The notes beneath the pieces were generated by a model that saw nothing but the letters and a program-made list of their open reading frames with translations, did no database searches and was not told where the DNA came from. Positions 1-13,652 of a DNA stretch of 64,000 nt are shown one piece after another; within the stretch, counting starts at the first letter, position 1; every line of letters begins with the position of its first letter. The stretch is from NCBI GenBank assembly GCA_020137815.1, contig CM035350.1, positions 8,680,001-8,744,000 of the forward strand, written 5' to 3'. This DNA is from Hormiphora californensis (Eukaryota; Animalia; Ctenophora). The translations under genes were made by a program, and so were the position numbers.

Positions 1-2097
1 CTCTCTTCTCATATATCACACACATATAGGGGTAGTCACGTGATGCGACAAGCATGCTCACCTCGACCGAGACGCAGAGCAGATAGAAGAGAGAGAGTAG
101 AGAGAGAGAGACGGCGAGAGAGAGAGGAGTGAGACAGAGTGACTAACGGTCATTGAAAAAAAAAGGAGACAACACAAGTGTATGTTATGTGTGCAATAAG
201 TGCTCTTGAATAGAGCTCAATCTCTTCTCACGTGACCTCAGACTGCAGTCAGGGTAACGGTAAAACCCATCACGCTCTCACTCTCTCACTCTCTCTCTCT
301 ATCTCTCTGATCTCTCTCTCTGATCTCTCTCGCTTTCTACTCAGTCCCAAAGATTTTAAAGCGAGAGAGAAGATGAGGGCCAGAATGGGGTCCAAGAGTT
401 GGGCAGGGCGCCAGAAAAGAGTTCCTGGCTACCGATACACTGTAGTGCAGTACAACATGCTACTATCGTGAGCTTCTCTCAGACATGGAGTGGGAGAGTG
501 AGAAAGAGAGAGAGAGAGAGTGTGTGAGAAGAGAAGAGAGAGACGCATGAGAAAGAGAGAGAGATCGAGAGAGAGATGAGAGAGAGAGAGAGAGAGAGAG
601 AATGAATGTCGAAGAATTAAAAGGGACCGGATTGTGCTATTGTCGTCATGGAAGGACAAACACAAACAACACCACGGCCTGCAGATCCGTGAGCACGCAG
701 CCGCCCGGGTATGTGATACTGAGGGGGGTGTGGAGGATACGGTATGTTTATGGAGGAAGGCAGTCAGAAGAATCCAGGACCATTGAGGAACATTCATACG
801 AGAGATGAGTTAAAAGCAGGAGAATGGGAGGAGAATGGAATTGGAAGCAGGAGCCCGGGCACGTGCTGGTGCGGGGGACAGCCACCTTTGGTACAACTAC
901 AGAGATACGGAATATCAGAGCGCCAATACATAAAGAAAAAAAAAAAAATTTCCAGTATGGGAGGAAGACCTCTCTTACAGCAGCATCTTCCAACGCGTGA
1001 AAAGCCCCAGTTGTCTGAAGCCCCCCCCCCGTGAAGGGACTGAAAAAAGAGGTCGTACAACCTATCATCAATCCTTCGTTCTTGGTTTCTAAAGAAAAAG
1101 AGACAGGGGGAAGGATAAAGAGAACTGCTTGGAGAGAGGGAGATAGAGACTCAAAGGAGTGGTTCAAACAATTACACAAATCCATCATGTTGTGTCCGGC
1201 TCCCCTATATTTTTACCATAGTATAGTACCTATTCCCCCTACTAGCCGATCTAAATAGAGGATGGATACACAGTGAAATTCATGGGTATACGTGAGAGCC
1301 CTCATAGAAACAGAGAGGAACGAGAAATAGGGGGTTAATTGACATCTTCTGCAGCTCAGTAACCAAGAGGGGAAGATGTGAGGTGAGATAGACACTGACA
1401 TAGATTAAAGAGGGCTAATCAATGGAGAGCTGAATCTAAAGATGCTAGTAGAGGGAAGGAGAGGGATTTGGCTTGTAATTGTTAACAGCACGTGGATGAG
1501 ATCCTAAACTAAAAAACACGTGGCGCGCAAAAGGGGGAACAAATTTTCTAAGCTATCTTCAAACACGGTATCAACAGAGACATGACATCAGCTACTCAAC
1601 CAAGGACGCCAAAACCCTTAGTCCCTGGTAGAATCATAAAAATGCGTTAAACTGGACCGTTCCAGAACCCCCATGAAACCCACCCTTAATTCATGAACCA
1701 GGAGTTTAGAAATGACAAATCTTCTGTCAAGATCTGAGGTGGGGCATCTTGAGGGCAAGAATAGAAGAAAGAGGTAAAAGAAAGTATGCCAGGGAACCAG
1801 AGGAGAGAGAGAGAGAATAGAGAAGAGAGAGAGAAGTATTATGTAAGAGAGACCCAGAGAGAAGAGCAAGAGATTGCCACCGCCCCCAGTTATAAACCGT
1901 GAAGCAGAGACAGAGAGAAAAGGAGAGGGACCGTCTGGGTATGGGAAAAGTAATAACCACCCTTCACCACAAGCCCCATAAATACAGTGGAGCCCGGTGT
2001 CTTTTGTCAAGTCCCTGCCAAACCAAAACGCTAACATGCACGCACCAACACCTCCAAAACAACAGAATTAGATACGAGAGTGGGTGGGAAGAGAGTG

Positions 2098-2134
<37 letters not shown>

Positions 2135-3477
2135 AGAGAGAGAGAGAGAGAGAGATTTGTGGGAGAGACAGCCCTAAGTACACATTAACCACATGCTTCC
2201 GCTCATCATAATTTAAGAGGTAAAGGGTCTAAGGTTGTAAAGAAAGACCCGCTCCTCTTCCCATTAAGCCCTTCGATGGAGCACAACCAATAACACAGTC
2301 TCTCTTGGTTACTAGTCATCAGGTCAACTTGAAATTATCACTCTACACCTCAAATTCAAGAACCTCTCTGTCCCTTACCCAACTCACCTTGTCTTCACCT
2401 CTTCACAAATCATCCCTCCACAATTAGTGTGGTCAAGCTCGACCACCAATCAACCTCATACCACCCTAACCCCTCCTCTCACTCAACGGTCGATCTAATG
2501 GGGAATACACTCCCCTCTCGCGGAACTGTCTTGACTGGTCGGAGCGTAAATCAATACAGCGTCAATTATAAACGTAGGCGCCCGCTACTCTCACCTATGC
2601 TCCTCTTCTCGAACGCATCCGCTCGCAACTCTCTCGCTCACACATCTCCCCGAAGGAACGGAAAGTGCGTCGATCAGCTGTCCTTCACCCAAAAGGCTCC
2701 AGAGCGAGTGAAAGCCAGAAGGAGATCAAAAATTCTCCTCCCAGTCATGGGTGCCCTCTATCTCTCCTCCTCCTCTCTCGCGTCTCATCTCTCGTCGGGT
2801 CCTATCTCCTCTTCCACTCTCGTCCAAGGACTTCTCAATCAAACAACTCTCTCCCTCTCTCATCATCTCTCGTCGCCCACTCTCGAGTCTTAACATATCG
2901 AAAAAAATATCTCATCGATCCTCGTTTGCTCTCATCTCTATCATCATCCCCCCCTCACTCTAAACAAAGAATCTCCCTCTTGTCTCTCTCTGCTCACTCC
3001 TGCTTCTCCGTCATCAATCATATTAAGCCAATCCGCGTCTCTTGTACAATCCCTCTCCTCCTGGATTTTATATAAGCGAGCCAAGGTTCCCCCATAATTC
3101 ACCACACCCTAGACCCATCAAACTTACTGAGGTGATCGTTTAGCTACTAGTGAAACGATGGCATATAACATACTACATCCCACGCCGCATCCTCTAAAGC
3201 TATCTTCTTCCTCTGCCTGGGCAAACTCGCAAAAGAAGACTCCCCTAGAGTCGAGAGTATAGGAAAAAATGAATCACGTTTTGGTATTAACCTAAATACA
3301 GCCCCATTCACCCTCCCCACTAACTACCCCCTAACAAACTTAGTCCTTCTACTCACCCAACAACACACCCATTCCCCCTCCAAAAATCACCATTCCCACT
3401 ACACACACAAAAACACCGCTACCACCGTTCTTCTCCTCACCTATGGTGGGAGACCGGGGCCTAATTAAGAAGAAGAA

Positions 3478-3560
3478 AGATAGGGATCAGAGTAGAGGAG
3501 ATAGGGAGGAGAATCAAGAGATAGGGAGGAGAATCCAGTGAGATAGGGAGGAGAATCAGA
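3478..3560. repeat. Short tandem repeat, ~20-22 bp unit AGATAGGGAGGAGAATC, ~4 copies
   Basis: Unit visible near 3478 (degenerate), 3499, 3519 and 3541. Confidence 0.7.
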
Positions 3561-4664
3561 ATGGCGAGAGGTTGAGAAGAGTGATAGAACATAAATGTTT
3601 TGAGACACAAAAGAGAAGGATGACGTTATGCATGTGAGAGACCATAGTTTTATGGCACCAGGGTTGCGGCCGATATAATCATCGTGCCACCCGAGAGACG
3701 GTTCAAAACTTTTTACAACGTGGTAACTGTACCAATCCCCCACACACGGGGCTGTCCCGATTTTGGTACCCCAAACAAACTACAGCCTAGTCCTGCTGCC
3801 ACCCACCAGGCCGGGTCTGAGTGGAAACAGACAGAGTCCAAAGGGGCCCCCTCACCGTTAGTAAGACCAAACAAAAAAACAAAAAAAAAAAAGGCGCGAA
3901 ATAGTAAGGATAGGGTGGAGACAACACATCGGACACATGAGACATCTTACTCCCACTCCAGTTTCTTCCCTCTAGCAGGTATAGAGAAAACAACAGAGAG
4001 AGAAGGAAAGCCAGGGGATATCGGCGGTGAAAACAAAGAAAGTGTTGCATATTAGTGACAATCGAAAAGTTCCGTGTGGATTCATCAACTCACAGGAAGC
4101 AATTCGAAAAGAAATCGATTAAACAGTTTCTCTGTGAGTAGCCCCAAGGCAAGACTTGATGAGGTTTAAGAATTTGCGATATGGTCCACATCCACAACGA
4201 GAGATGCTAACAGACATGAGTATTAGCGAGATAATGTGTTGTACACCTTGCGTGAAAAGTGAGAAGATAAACTGATCTCAGCGAACTGGATATGAACCTA
4301 CAAAAGCGAGAGAGTTACATAACAAACCTACAAGAATATATACCAACAGAGGTATGATTTAATACCCAACATAGTTAAAAACATTTCCATCCGTATCCTA
4401 CACTTACCCCCTCCCCCGTTCCTTACTCCAATACATCGTCAAATCCCCACCTATGTTCCTTTCCTCTCAATTCCATCAGTCAGTCCTCGATTCCTTTCCC
4501 CTTCTCTTGCCCTCAAATAATCCGCCTCCCTACCTTTCTCACCTCTCAGTCCCCCAACATAAAGAAAAAACATACGGTTTTAATTCCCCTCCTATCCAAC
4601 ATTCCCTACACTGTAAATCCAAATGATTCTCCCTCCCCTTCTCTCGACCCCCTCACCTCTTCTC

Positions 4665-4764
4665 NNNNNNNNNNNNNNNNNNNNNNNNNNNNNNNNNNNN
4701 NNNNNNNNNNNNNNNNNNNNNNNNNNNNNNNNNNNNNNNNNNNNNNNNNNNNNNNNNNNNNNNN
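4665..4764. other. Assembly gap (100 N)
   Basis: Run of 100 N. Confidence 1.
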
Positions 4765-5855
4765 CCAAAATTTAAAAAAGGGGGGAAAACCCCCCCCCCC
4801 CCCCAAAAAAATGCGAAAATTTTTAAAAGGTGTTGCAACCCCTTGGAGAGGGAAAAATTTTTTAAAAAAAAAAAAAAACCCCCGGGCCCCTTTAAAAAGG
4901 GGTTTAAAGTCCGGAAAAAGGGGAAAAGGGCCCCCCTTCCAAAAAATTTTCAAACCTTTCCCCAAAAGAAAAAAAGGGGGGGGAAAAAATAAAAAAAAAA
5001 AGAAATAAAAAAACTTTTTTTAAAAAAAAAAAAAAAAATAACCCCCCCTTCCCCCTCCCCCCTCTGGGGGGGGGGGTTTTTTTTTGGAAAAAATTTTTTT
5101 TTAAAACCCCCCCCCCCTTTCCCTTTTTCCCTCCCTTAAAAACCCATTTTTAAAAACAACAAACAAAGGGGGGGAAAAAAAAAAACCCCCCTTTTTTTTC
5201 CCTAACAGGAAAAAGCGGGAGGCCCCAAAAAACCGAAAAACCCTTTGGGGCCCCCAAATAAACCGGGGGGGGGAAAAGGGGGGGGTTTTTTTCCCCCCCC
5301 CCCCCCCCGGGGGCCCTTTTAAAAACCCCAAAAAAAGAAGGGTAAGGGGGAAAGAATTAAAATGGGGGAAAACAGGAAAATGGGGAGGGGGAAAAAGGGG
5401 GGGGGGAAAAAGGAAATCGGGGAAACCCAAAAAAATTTCGGGCCCCCGCTGAATTTCTACTTTCCCCCCGGGGTTCCCCCCCCCCCCCCCCCCCCCCTTT
5501 TTTTTTTTTTTTTTTTTTCCCCCCGGGGGGGTTTTTTTTGGGGTTTTTTTTTTTTTTGGGGGGGGGGGGTGTTTTGGGGGGGGGGGGGGGTTTTTTTTAA
5601 AAATTTTTTTTTTTCCCTGGGTTTCAAACCCCGGGGTTTTACACTTTAGGAGGGGGGGCCCCCCCCGAAATTTTCCCCAAAACCGCCCCAAACCCCCGGG
5701 GGGGGTACAAAGGGGTTGTTAAAAAACCCCCCCCAAATTTCAAACCCCCCCAGGGATTCACTATTTTAAAAAAACCCCAAAAAAAGTCCCCCCAAGGTGT
5801 ACCAGGATCACTTGGGGGAAATACGGGAAACCAATTTTCCCCCAAAAAAAAAGGT
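4765..5855. other. Low-quality homopolymer-dominated sequence flanking the gap
   Basis: Almost entirely A/C/G/T homopolymer runs next to the gap; ORFs are K/P/G/F low complexity. Confidence 0.8.
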
Positions 5856-7169
5856 GGATCCAATGCTAGACAGTCTATTTCCTGTCCTGGGCATTGCGCG
5901 TTCTTCCCTCACTTTCTGTCTCTCTCTCCTTCTATCTCTCTATCTCTATACTCCCCGGCGCCACGAGACCCAGACTTGGCGGATATATGCCCACCAGACG
6001 AACACAGCGTGGCCGCCAGAGATGAGGTAGGAGTGAGGGGGAGAGAGGGGAGAGAGAAATGAAAAGTAATATATATATGGTGAGAGAGATCCAACTAAAA
6101 GGAGCATTACTCAATCCTGCCAGACTGGTTTGTGACACTTTCAGGTCCTTCAGGGGCGGGTCCTCTATGGGCCAACTATTTCCCGCGCTAACCTACCACC
6201 ATGTACTGGCTAACTTCCAGAGCGGGGATCTCACTAGACCGTACGTGTCCTAAAACCAACAAACCACACATGTGTCATATGGGGCCCACCACTGTTATTA
6301 CATCTGATTAGAAACCCAACAACATGGTCCCACACCACGTGTGTTGATCCAGGATACACGTGAGAGAGAGATACAGACACAATTTGCCACAATGGTTTTC
6401 CTGGTTCTAAACCCATGGTGGCATGTCTTGTACGGGTTCTCCTAGATATATCTCCTGACCAGCTCAGATCTCTCCTACGGTCTCCCCTGACCTGATGGGG
6501 GATACAACACGACCTATAGGTTCAGTAGACAACTGCCAGGGACAGAGATTGATAGACACGAGAAGGAAGATGTAAAACCACAACGACATGGCGGACTGAG
6601 TGGGGGAGAATATCGGGGGCCAGACGTGAAAAGTGAGGGTTGCCGTCTAGTTCTCTGAGTCTCAAAACGTGATCCGGACACTACTTGCAACATTCATGTC
6701 TGATGCAGTGAACTGTAAAGAAGTGCAGATGTTGAGCAATAAATCACACACCAAAATATGAAAAAAGAAATGATATTATACGGGTGCTTAATTAAGATTT
6801 TATACAAACAAATATTTCCTAAATCGATTCCTTCCTAACAAAAAGAGTTCCTAGCATTTTCAAAGGAAAATCAACTTTCTAATTCTCAATCTGATCTGAA
6901 AACACCAGTTCTCACTATATCATCTCTCTCTTTCTCTCTGCAGCTATTTCAAAGGCCCCAGCACGTGAGAGATGGATGGAGCTGGGGTAGTAGTTCATTG
7001 TTGAATTACTGGGGCGGTTGCCCCAGGGTCCTCTCCTCCTCCCTTACCATAATCCAATCTGATCCTTCATTGTAGAGGAGAACTCAACCTTCCCTCTCTC
7101 TCTCTCTCCACAAATATCCCCCTCAAGAGAGCTATCCTTTTGGGAATCTATTTAACAGAGAGAAAGCTG

Positions 7170-8620
7170 CAGATCTCACAGTAGCAATTCACACCATTCA
7201 GGTCACAAGTGAACCAATATCTATCGTGTGGCAAGATAGCTCCACTGTTTCTAGCACAGATTAAACTCCGACACCCTTCTGTTGTTCCGTGCCCCCTTAG
7301 CAGATCCCCCAGGTACTCCCACGCGGGACCTGGTGGCACAGGGTTTGTGTTCGAGAGAGTTTTATCGTTTTTTATTTCTGCTGTGTCACGTACGTGCCCC
7401 GCATCAGAGAGAGAGATATAAAAAAGGTAAACGAGGCTTATCATGCACACTTAGAGAGATAGAGATATAGGATGCACGCGAGATAGAGAGAGATCAGGGA
7501 CATGGTGATGTGTGTTTGCTCTATAACGTGACTTCATACTTCGGGGTAAGGAACCAGGACACGGTGTTCGCTTTTCGCATGCGTCGCTGAGGAGGGGGAT
7601 GTTGAGTTACTCAACAATGAGGGGGATGTATAGGTTTTCAAGAGCGATGTAATGTTTAAATATAATTTCTTTAAAATGCTCTGTGCAAGGGGGCTCGAGT
7701 TTTCACTATGCACAGGCCAGCTGGGAGGCTGATATGTATAATTGTTAAAACGGGGGGGGGCCAACGCTCATTTTTTATATATTTTTATATATTTTATATA
7801 CCTTTTTTTTGGAAAAAAAAAACATAATTTTTTATATATATATAAAATATATAAAAATATATAAAAATACATATGAATATATAAAAATATATAAAAATAT
7901 ATAAAAAATATATAAAAATATATAAAAAATTGTGCCGAAAGTGTGAAAACAGAAAGCTGTTTTTCGCCATAGCGGGATCCCGGATCAAATATCATTCAAT
8001 TGATCTCAAACTTGGTCAGTATCTTCATCTAGATAATCCTGATGATTTTCCGTCATCAATGTGACGTTTGTAACATCGTGACGTCGCGTCAATAACGTCA
8101 AAATGACGTCAAAAATGATTTGTTTTTTAGTTTCGCGATCCCAACCTCTCTTCACCAGTTCTAGTACATCTGCACGGATCAACATACAAAAAATGATTGA
8201 AATCACACCAAAACTGGTAGATATTATTAGGCCGGAACCTCTCTTCACCAGTTCTACTTTTGACAGTGCATAATTCACTTTTGAACACATTCTCAATTAT
8301 GTAAAACAGCTATCACCCTCTCAAACACTTAAATTAACTCTATGAAACATATTCAAGTGAACAATAGATGGAAATAATCCCTTTTTTTGAAAGTAAAAGG
8401 GGTGAAAAAAGGGTTTATTTTATATATTTTTATATATTTTTATATATTTTTATATATTATTTATATAACTTTATATATTTTTATATATTTTTATATATTT
8501 TTATATATTTTTATATATATATAAAAAATTCCAAAATTAAGGAAATATATAAAAAATTCGTTGGCCCCCCCCCGTTAAAACAGTACCTTGTTACTTTGAT
8601 TGCTGCCGGGTAGTTCTGGA
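7170..8620 (-). CDS. Probable exons of an unidentified minus-strand gene
   Basis: AG/GT-bounded open segments at ~8585-8620 (tttcag|...aag|gtac) and ~7541-7729 (atcag|...gaa|gtatga), plus a Cys-rich ORF at ~7170-7390; no family recognised, frame uncertain. Confidence 0.3.
7752..8573. mobile_element. Non-autonomous DNA transposon with 8-bp TSD and G9/C9 termini (Merlin- or Mutator-like)
   Basis: TIRs GGGGGGGGGCCAACG / CGTTGGCCCCCCCCC; TSD GTTAAAAC at 7744-7751 and 8574-8581; inverted subterminal ATATAAAAAT arrays. Confidence 0.85.
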
Positions 8621-9782
8621 AGCTGAAACACAAGCTCCTACTGTTAATTTACAGGGCTCAATATGTTATATAGGAGCTCAGTATATTAGGAGCTACCATT
8701 GAGAGACGGGGAAGGAAGTCTATATTGGTAAAATAAACACTAGACTACCCACGAGGTAGTAGGAGCTGAGTTATAAGGGGTGGGAGCTGTTATAGAGTTT
8801 TCTGAGACACGTACGGCGGGAGGGCTTGAGCAAACACCATGAACAAGGGTTGTTGAGTTGTTGTTAGGGGTGAGGAGCCCCTTACTTGCAACAAATGAAG
8901 CTGAGAAAAGGGCGGGGCAATGCTACACGTGTTAGGCTAGCTAAGGTAAGGTCAGCTAATAGTATGCGCCTTCCTGATTCTGCTGTGTTGCGAAGGTGAG
9001 TTCGTGGAGCTGATAGTGTTTCGAGTAAATAGTAGTTTTAAAAGGGCCGACTAGAATACTAAAAATAGCTGAATTGCTGTTATCGAGAATAATAGTTAGG
9101 ATTGAATGGACCAGTCTAGAAACTTTCAGAATAACCTGCGCTAGTAAAGTAAAGGCGTTCTACTACACAATAAACTTGTTCAAGTATTTCGTCACAATAA
9201 TTAAAACACTTCTAAAAGGGCGGGGGATAGTAATAAAGACTAAATGATAGGTTTAGCCAAAACAGTGTCTACAATAATGTCTGACTGGCTAGTGGCTACT
9301 GCTGTTACTGCTGTCTATACAGTGGGCCTGGGTGGCTGTTTTTGTGTCATGTTTCAAGTAATGTAATGTTAATGATTATTGATTGAAAGTTCAAATGTGC
9401 CATGATCGTGGGATTTGGGCCAAATCATGCAGGTTGGTAGGCACTAAAGTCGAATGGCGTCTTCACCAGCTGAAGTACATAGAGTCTCTGTCAGAGACTA
9501 ACGAAAAAGAGTGAAAATGGGAAGACGCGATCCGACTTTGGGGGAAATATATATTTGAAAGAGGACGCAAAATATTCTGGAAAAAAAGTAACAATCTCTT
9601 ACAACACATCTGTACACTATAAAGACGTAAAGATGGGGAATACCATCAACAATTCACTCACAATATTTTTTATTTTTAGAGTTTTCAAAAACTTGACACG
9701 GTCACGTGGGATTATTTACACTGTTAGGTACTGTCTGACACACAAACACATGTTCTATTTACAATTGTTATACAAGCTGACT

Positions 9783-11308
9783 CTACTTCGTGTTGATCAA
9801 GAATTGTAGAAGAGGGAGAACTAACACGCCCCCGAGTACACTCAACTTCTCTCTCACCCTTTCTCTCACCCTCTCGTCTCTCCAGGTATATATTGTTTGA
9901 GAAACACAGACAGACAGACATGGTTCATTTAGCCCGTACCTTGTTTGTTGGATCGGGTTTTGATAGTAATCCATCCTCGCTGTTCGCTGAGATCATGTCA
10001 TCGTCTATGTGCTGCGGGGAATCAGAGGGTTAGGATGGTAGTACATAGGGGCCGGTTGGCTTGAAGAAATGAATATGGGCTGAGATAATGAACGAGGAGG
10101 TATTAATGTTATTGCGAGGTGGAGAAAGGGGACTTGGAAGGAGTTGTATGGTAGGCAGGATTTCACACTGTGTGGGTGGATTTAGCTTGTTCATACTCGG
10201 AGTTACTATACACGTGACAGGGTTTAGCACAATACTGGGTGTCCCAAAATAGTCCCAGACGGAGCTGTCAGTATGGTGAAGTAGCACTATACTATTACAT
10301 ATTATAATGACATCATCTATCTACTACTATCATAACAGCTGCTAGCGTCCCATCACCAACATTTTAGGGCGGGGGTGTTGAAATGTGTCGCATCTGGTTC
10401 TGCATCTATTATTATCATAGGGGGACACACATGTGTGTTCTGGGGGCTCATATTGCAGAGCCATGAGAAGCAGAATATTTCTAAACAAGCTTCCTATCAA
10501 GTTCTATCATGTGTCTTTCTTTCTTTATTTCTCTCTCCCATAGTAACGTCATCTAACTATCCACCTAACTGTCCTAGTCGATCTAAAACCTAAAGTTGAG
10601 TATCAGATGAGACAGTTAAAGGGGCGACCAGTATTATAGACAGTGGTAGACAGTTAATAAAGGGGCGGCGAGGAGAAAAGGGTGTTCTCGAGAAGGAAAC
10701 AGATGGTGTGGAGGACCCCCCTTGAGAGGGAGGATGGGGGAGGGGTTATCACTGCCAAAGAGGACGTTGAGAACCAGAAAAAAGAGACAAAAGTGAGTGA
10801 AACACCTGTGACCCCCATCATGTACCTAATAACATACCCCCCCCCCTCCAACATAACCCAGGCAAATAAAAAATTCCGACCAAATGAAGATCAGAAATTT
10901 TAGGTCGATACATCAGGTGAAAAGTTAGATGATCAATTAATCGGGACCATCATGATTCCCATCGCTTACCTTTGACCAGGTCACTCCATGTTCCAAAGTA
11001 AAGGTAAAGTGATCCTTGGTGCTGTGGATGTGTTTCGGCTTGGCGGTTGTCCCTGTTGGTAGTGGGTACACCAGGACTGATTCACTGATTGGCGAGCCAA
11101 CCCACTTCCGGTTAACTGTAGGGGTAGTGTTTAGTTCATGTTCTGTTCATACGAGAAAAGGAACGGGGATGGATTGGAGAGTGGGAAGGGGGTGTGGACT
11201 GGAAGATGATGGGCAAGGTGCGGTTATGGATAGTGTTATAAACTGTTTTTAAATCACCGTAAAGCATAAGCCGTATTAGCGGTTGTCATGCAGATGGTAA
11301 CGAACGAA

Positions 11309-11346
<38 letters not shown>

Positions 11347-13616
11347 CAGAGAGAGCCGAGATAGAGGAGAAGGAAGGAGGAGGTTGAGCGCAAGAGAGGG
11401 GAAGAAGGGCGATGCAAGGACTGAGGAGAGAGGACTACTTGTGAGACGCGAGAGAGGAGAGAGAGGGTGGAGAGAGGAATGAGAGAGAGAAGATATTGAG
11501 AGAGAGGAGATTTTTTTTTTTTTTGCGAGACGAAGAGAGAGAAGAGAGAGGAGAGAGGCAGAGGGGAGAGATGCCACGAGCGAGAGAAGGGGAGAGAGGG
11601 GAGAGGGCGAGAGCGAGAGAGCGGAGGGAGGGGAGGGGGGAGAAGAGGTGGAAGGAGAGGAGACGAGGGAGGCTGCATGGAAGCAGAAGAAGAAGCGGAC
11701 GAGATGGGGGAGAGGCGGGAGAGTAGGTGATGGGGAGTGTCGCGGAGGAGAGACGTAAGTGAGAGATGAAGAGGGATGGTTGCGATGACACGGGACGAGA
11801 GATTATGAGAGAGAGGAGAAGAGAGAAGGGAGAGAGAGGTGAGAGAGAATGAAGTGAGAAGAGCGAGAGAGAGCGTGAGAGAGAGAGTGGAGAGAGGGAT
11901 GAGTAGATCAATGAGAGGTAGAGATTTAGAGAGAGAGAGATGAGGAAGAGAAGAGAGAGAGTTGAGGAGGGAGATATGAGAGAGAGAGGGCGGGAGAGAG
12001 GGGGAAGGAAGGGAGAGAGGGACGAGGGGAGAGATAGAAGTGAGGGAGAGTGGAAGTATTGGAGTGGAGGAATAGAGGAGGCGATGTCGAGAGATCCAGA
12101 GGACGGGGAGGTGGAAGTTGATCGAGAGAAGAGTCGAGAGGAAGAGTGAGATGGACAGGAGAGGAGGAGAGACGAGTGAGTGACGTACAGAACGAGGGAG
12201 AGAGAGAGAGAGGAAGACTGGGAGTGGGATAAGCAGGAGGGAGAGCGGAAGAGGCGAGACGGAGAGCATGAGAAGGTTGGAAGAGGGATGAGGAGAGGGA
12301 GGAGAGGCGTGGAATCTGAAAGGGTACGAGCAGAGAGTATGAGAGTGAGAGAGGTGAGTAGAGATAGAGAGTGGCAGTGAGAGCGAGTGAGGAAAGGAGA
12401 GTTGAGGAAACGAGGAAGGGATAGGAACAGCGAAGGAGTGGAGAGAGAGTGAGGGAGTGAGGGGGGCGAATGGAAAGAACCTGTCAGAGAGGGTGGACGA
12501 GATGTGAGGAGAGGAGTTGAGGCATGGAGGGAAGTGGGATAGCGAGAGACGTATTTTGAGCTAAGAGACAACTATAGAAACAAAGGTGCGGTAGCGGGGA
12601 GTTGTGGTTTCAGTGCATGACTCGAGTTGCATGAGGAGATATGTTGGATGCACGCCAATGACCTTCAGTCTCACTGACTCTTTATTTCTCTGTCCCCCCT
12701 CTCTCTCTCTCTCTCTCCCTCTCTCTCTTATCCAGGTTCCCCATGATGGGACCAAAGTGCAGCATCCGTAACAGTGCATGTAACCTAACCAGGACTTCAG
12801 GGAGAATATAAATCATTCCCAAACTGTAACATAACACACCCCACGACCGTTACCTGACGGCTTCACCGATACGAGGTAACAATCTCTCCTGACTCTCTTT
12901 AGTAAATGTAACAATCTCTCCTGACTCTCTTTAGTAAATGTACCAATCTCTCCTGACTCTCTTTAGTAAATGTACCAATCTCTCCGTGCCGTACTCTCTT
13001 TAGTAAATGTAACAATCTCACTTTTTAACTCACCCTTGTGACACTTGTCGATCTGTACAATTTCTGGGGGACACCCCTTACACGTGCTCAGCCGGGTAGA
13101 ACCGTTGGCACTCAACTGCTGGTTTGCGAAACCTGGCAGGAAAGAAGCATGTTTTAAAGAAACTAAATAGTTGGTCAGAATGGATGGAATCGGACTCGGG
13201 GCTACTGGACTAAAGTGAGACCTAAACACAACTGGCGTACGGAAAATAAAATACAATTTCAGCACTGTAGAGATCTCGAATTATCGCGCCCTCCGTCAAG
13301 TCGAGATTGGGATCTAATTGGGTACACTCACACATCTCCGCTCCCCTATCCCTGTGATCCGCTGACCGGGCTCTATATTCTCCTTGAAGTTGGCTTAGCC
13401 TGAGCCCTGATCTTGAGAAGGATTCTCTTTAGTTTCATTCATTCATTTCATGTCTCTCTCTAGTCTGCCATGAACTTTAGGTCTTGCAGTTGGAGAAGGG
13501 AAATGAACACAAGCTAGTTTTGCAGAGAGATAGAGAGAGATAGAGATAGAGATAGAGATAGAGATAGAGACTGACTGAGATAGAGACTGACAGAGATAGA
13601 GATAGAGATAGAGAAT

Positions 13617-13652
<36 letters not shown>

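Noticed and set aside
1-4664. Many short ORFs
   Set aside because: No recognisable domain or consistent exon chain; sequence looks noisy and AG/CT-rich
4765-5855. K/P/G/F-rich ORFs and apparent G-quadruplex/palindromic structure
   Set aside because: Homopolymer garble next to an N gap; most likely a base-calling artefact
7768-8613. F/Y/I-rich hydrophobic ORFs
   Set aside because: Translations of the transposon's AT-rich subterminal arrays
11254-12571. 327-aa and 378-aa Ser/Leu-rich ORFs
   Set aside because: Translations of a degenerate AG tract inside an intron
12876-13020. CRISPR-like 32-bp periodic repeat (also 18781-18909)
   Set aside because: Head-to-tail repeats with no unique spacers, no cas genes, eukaryotic intron context
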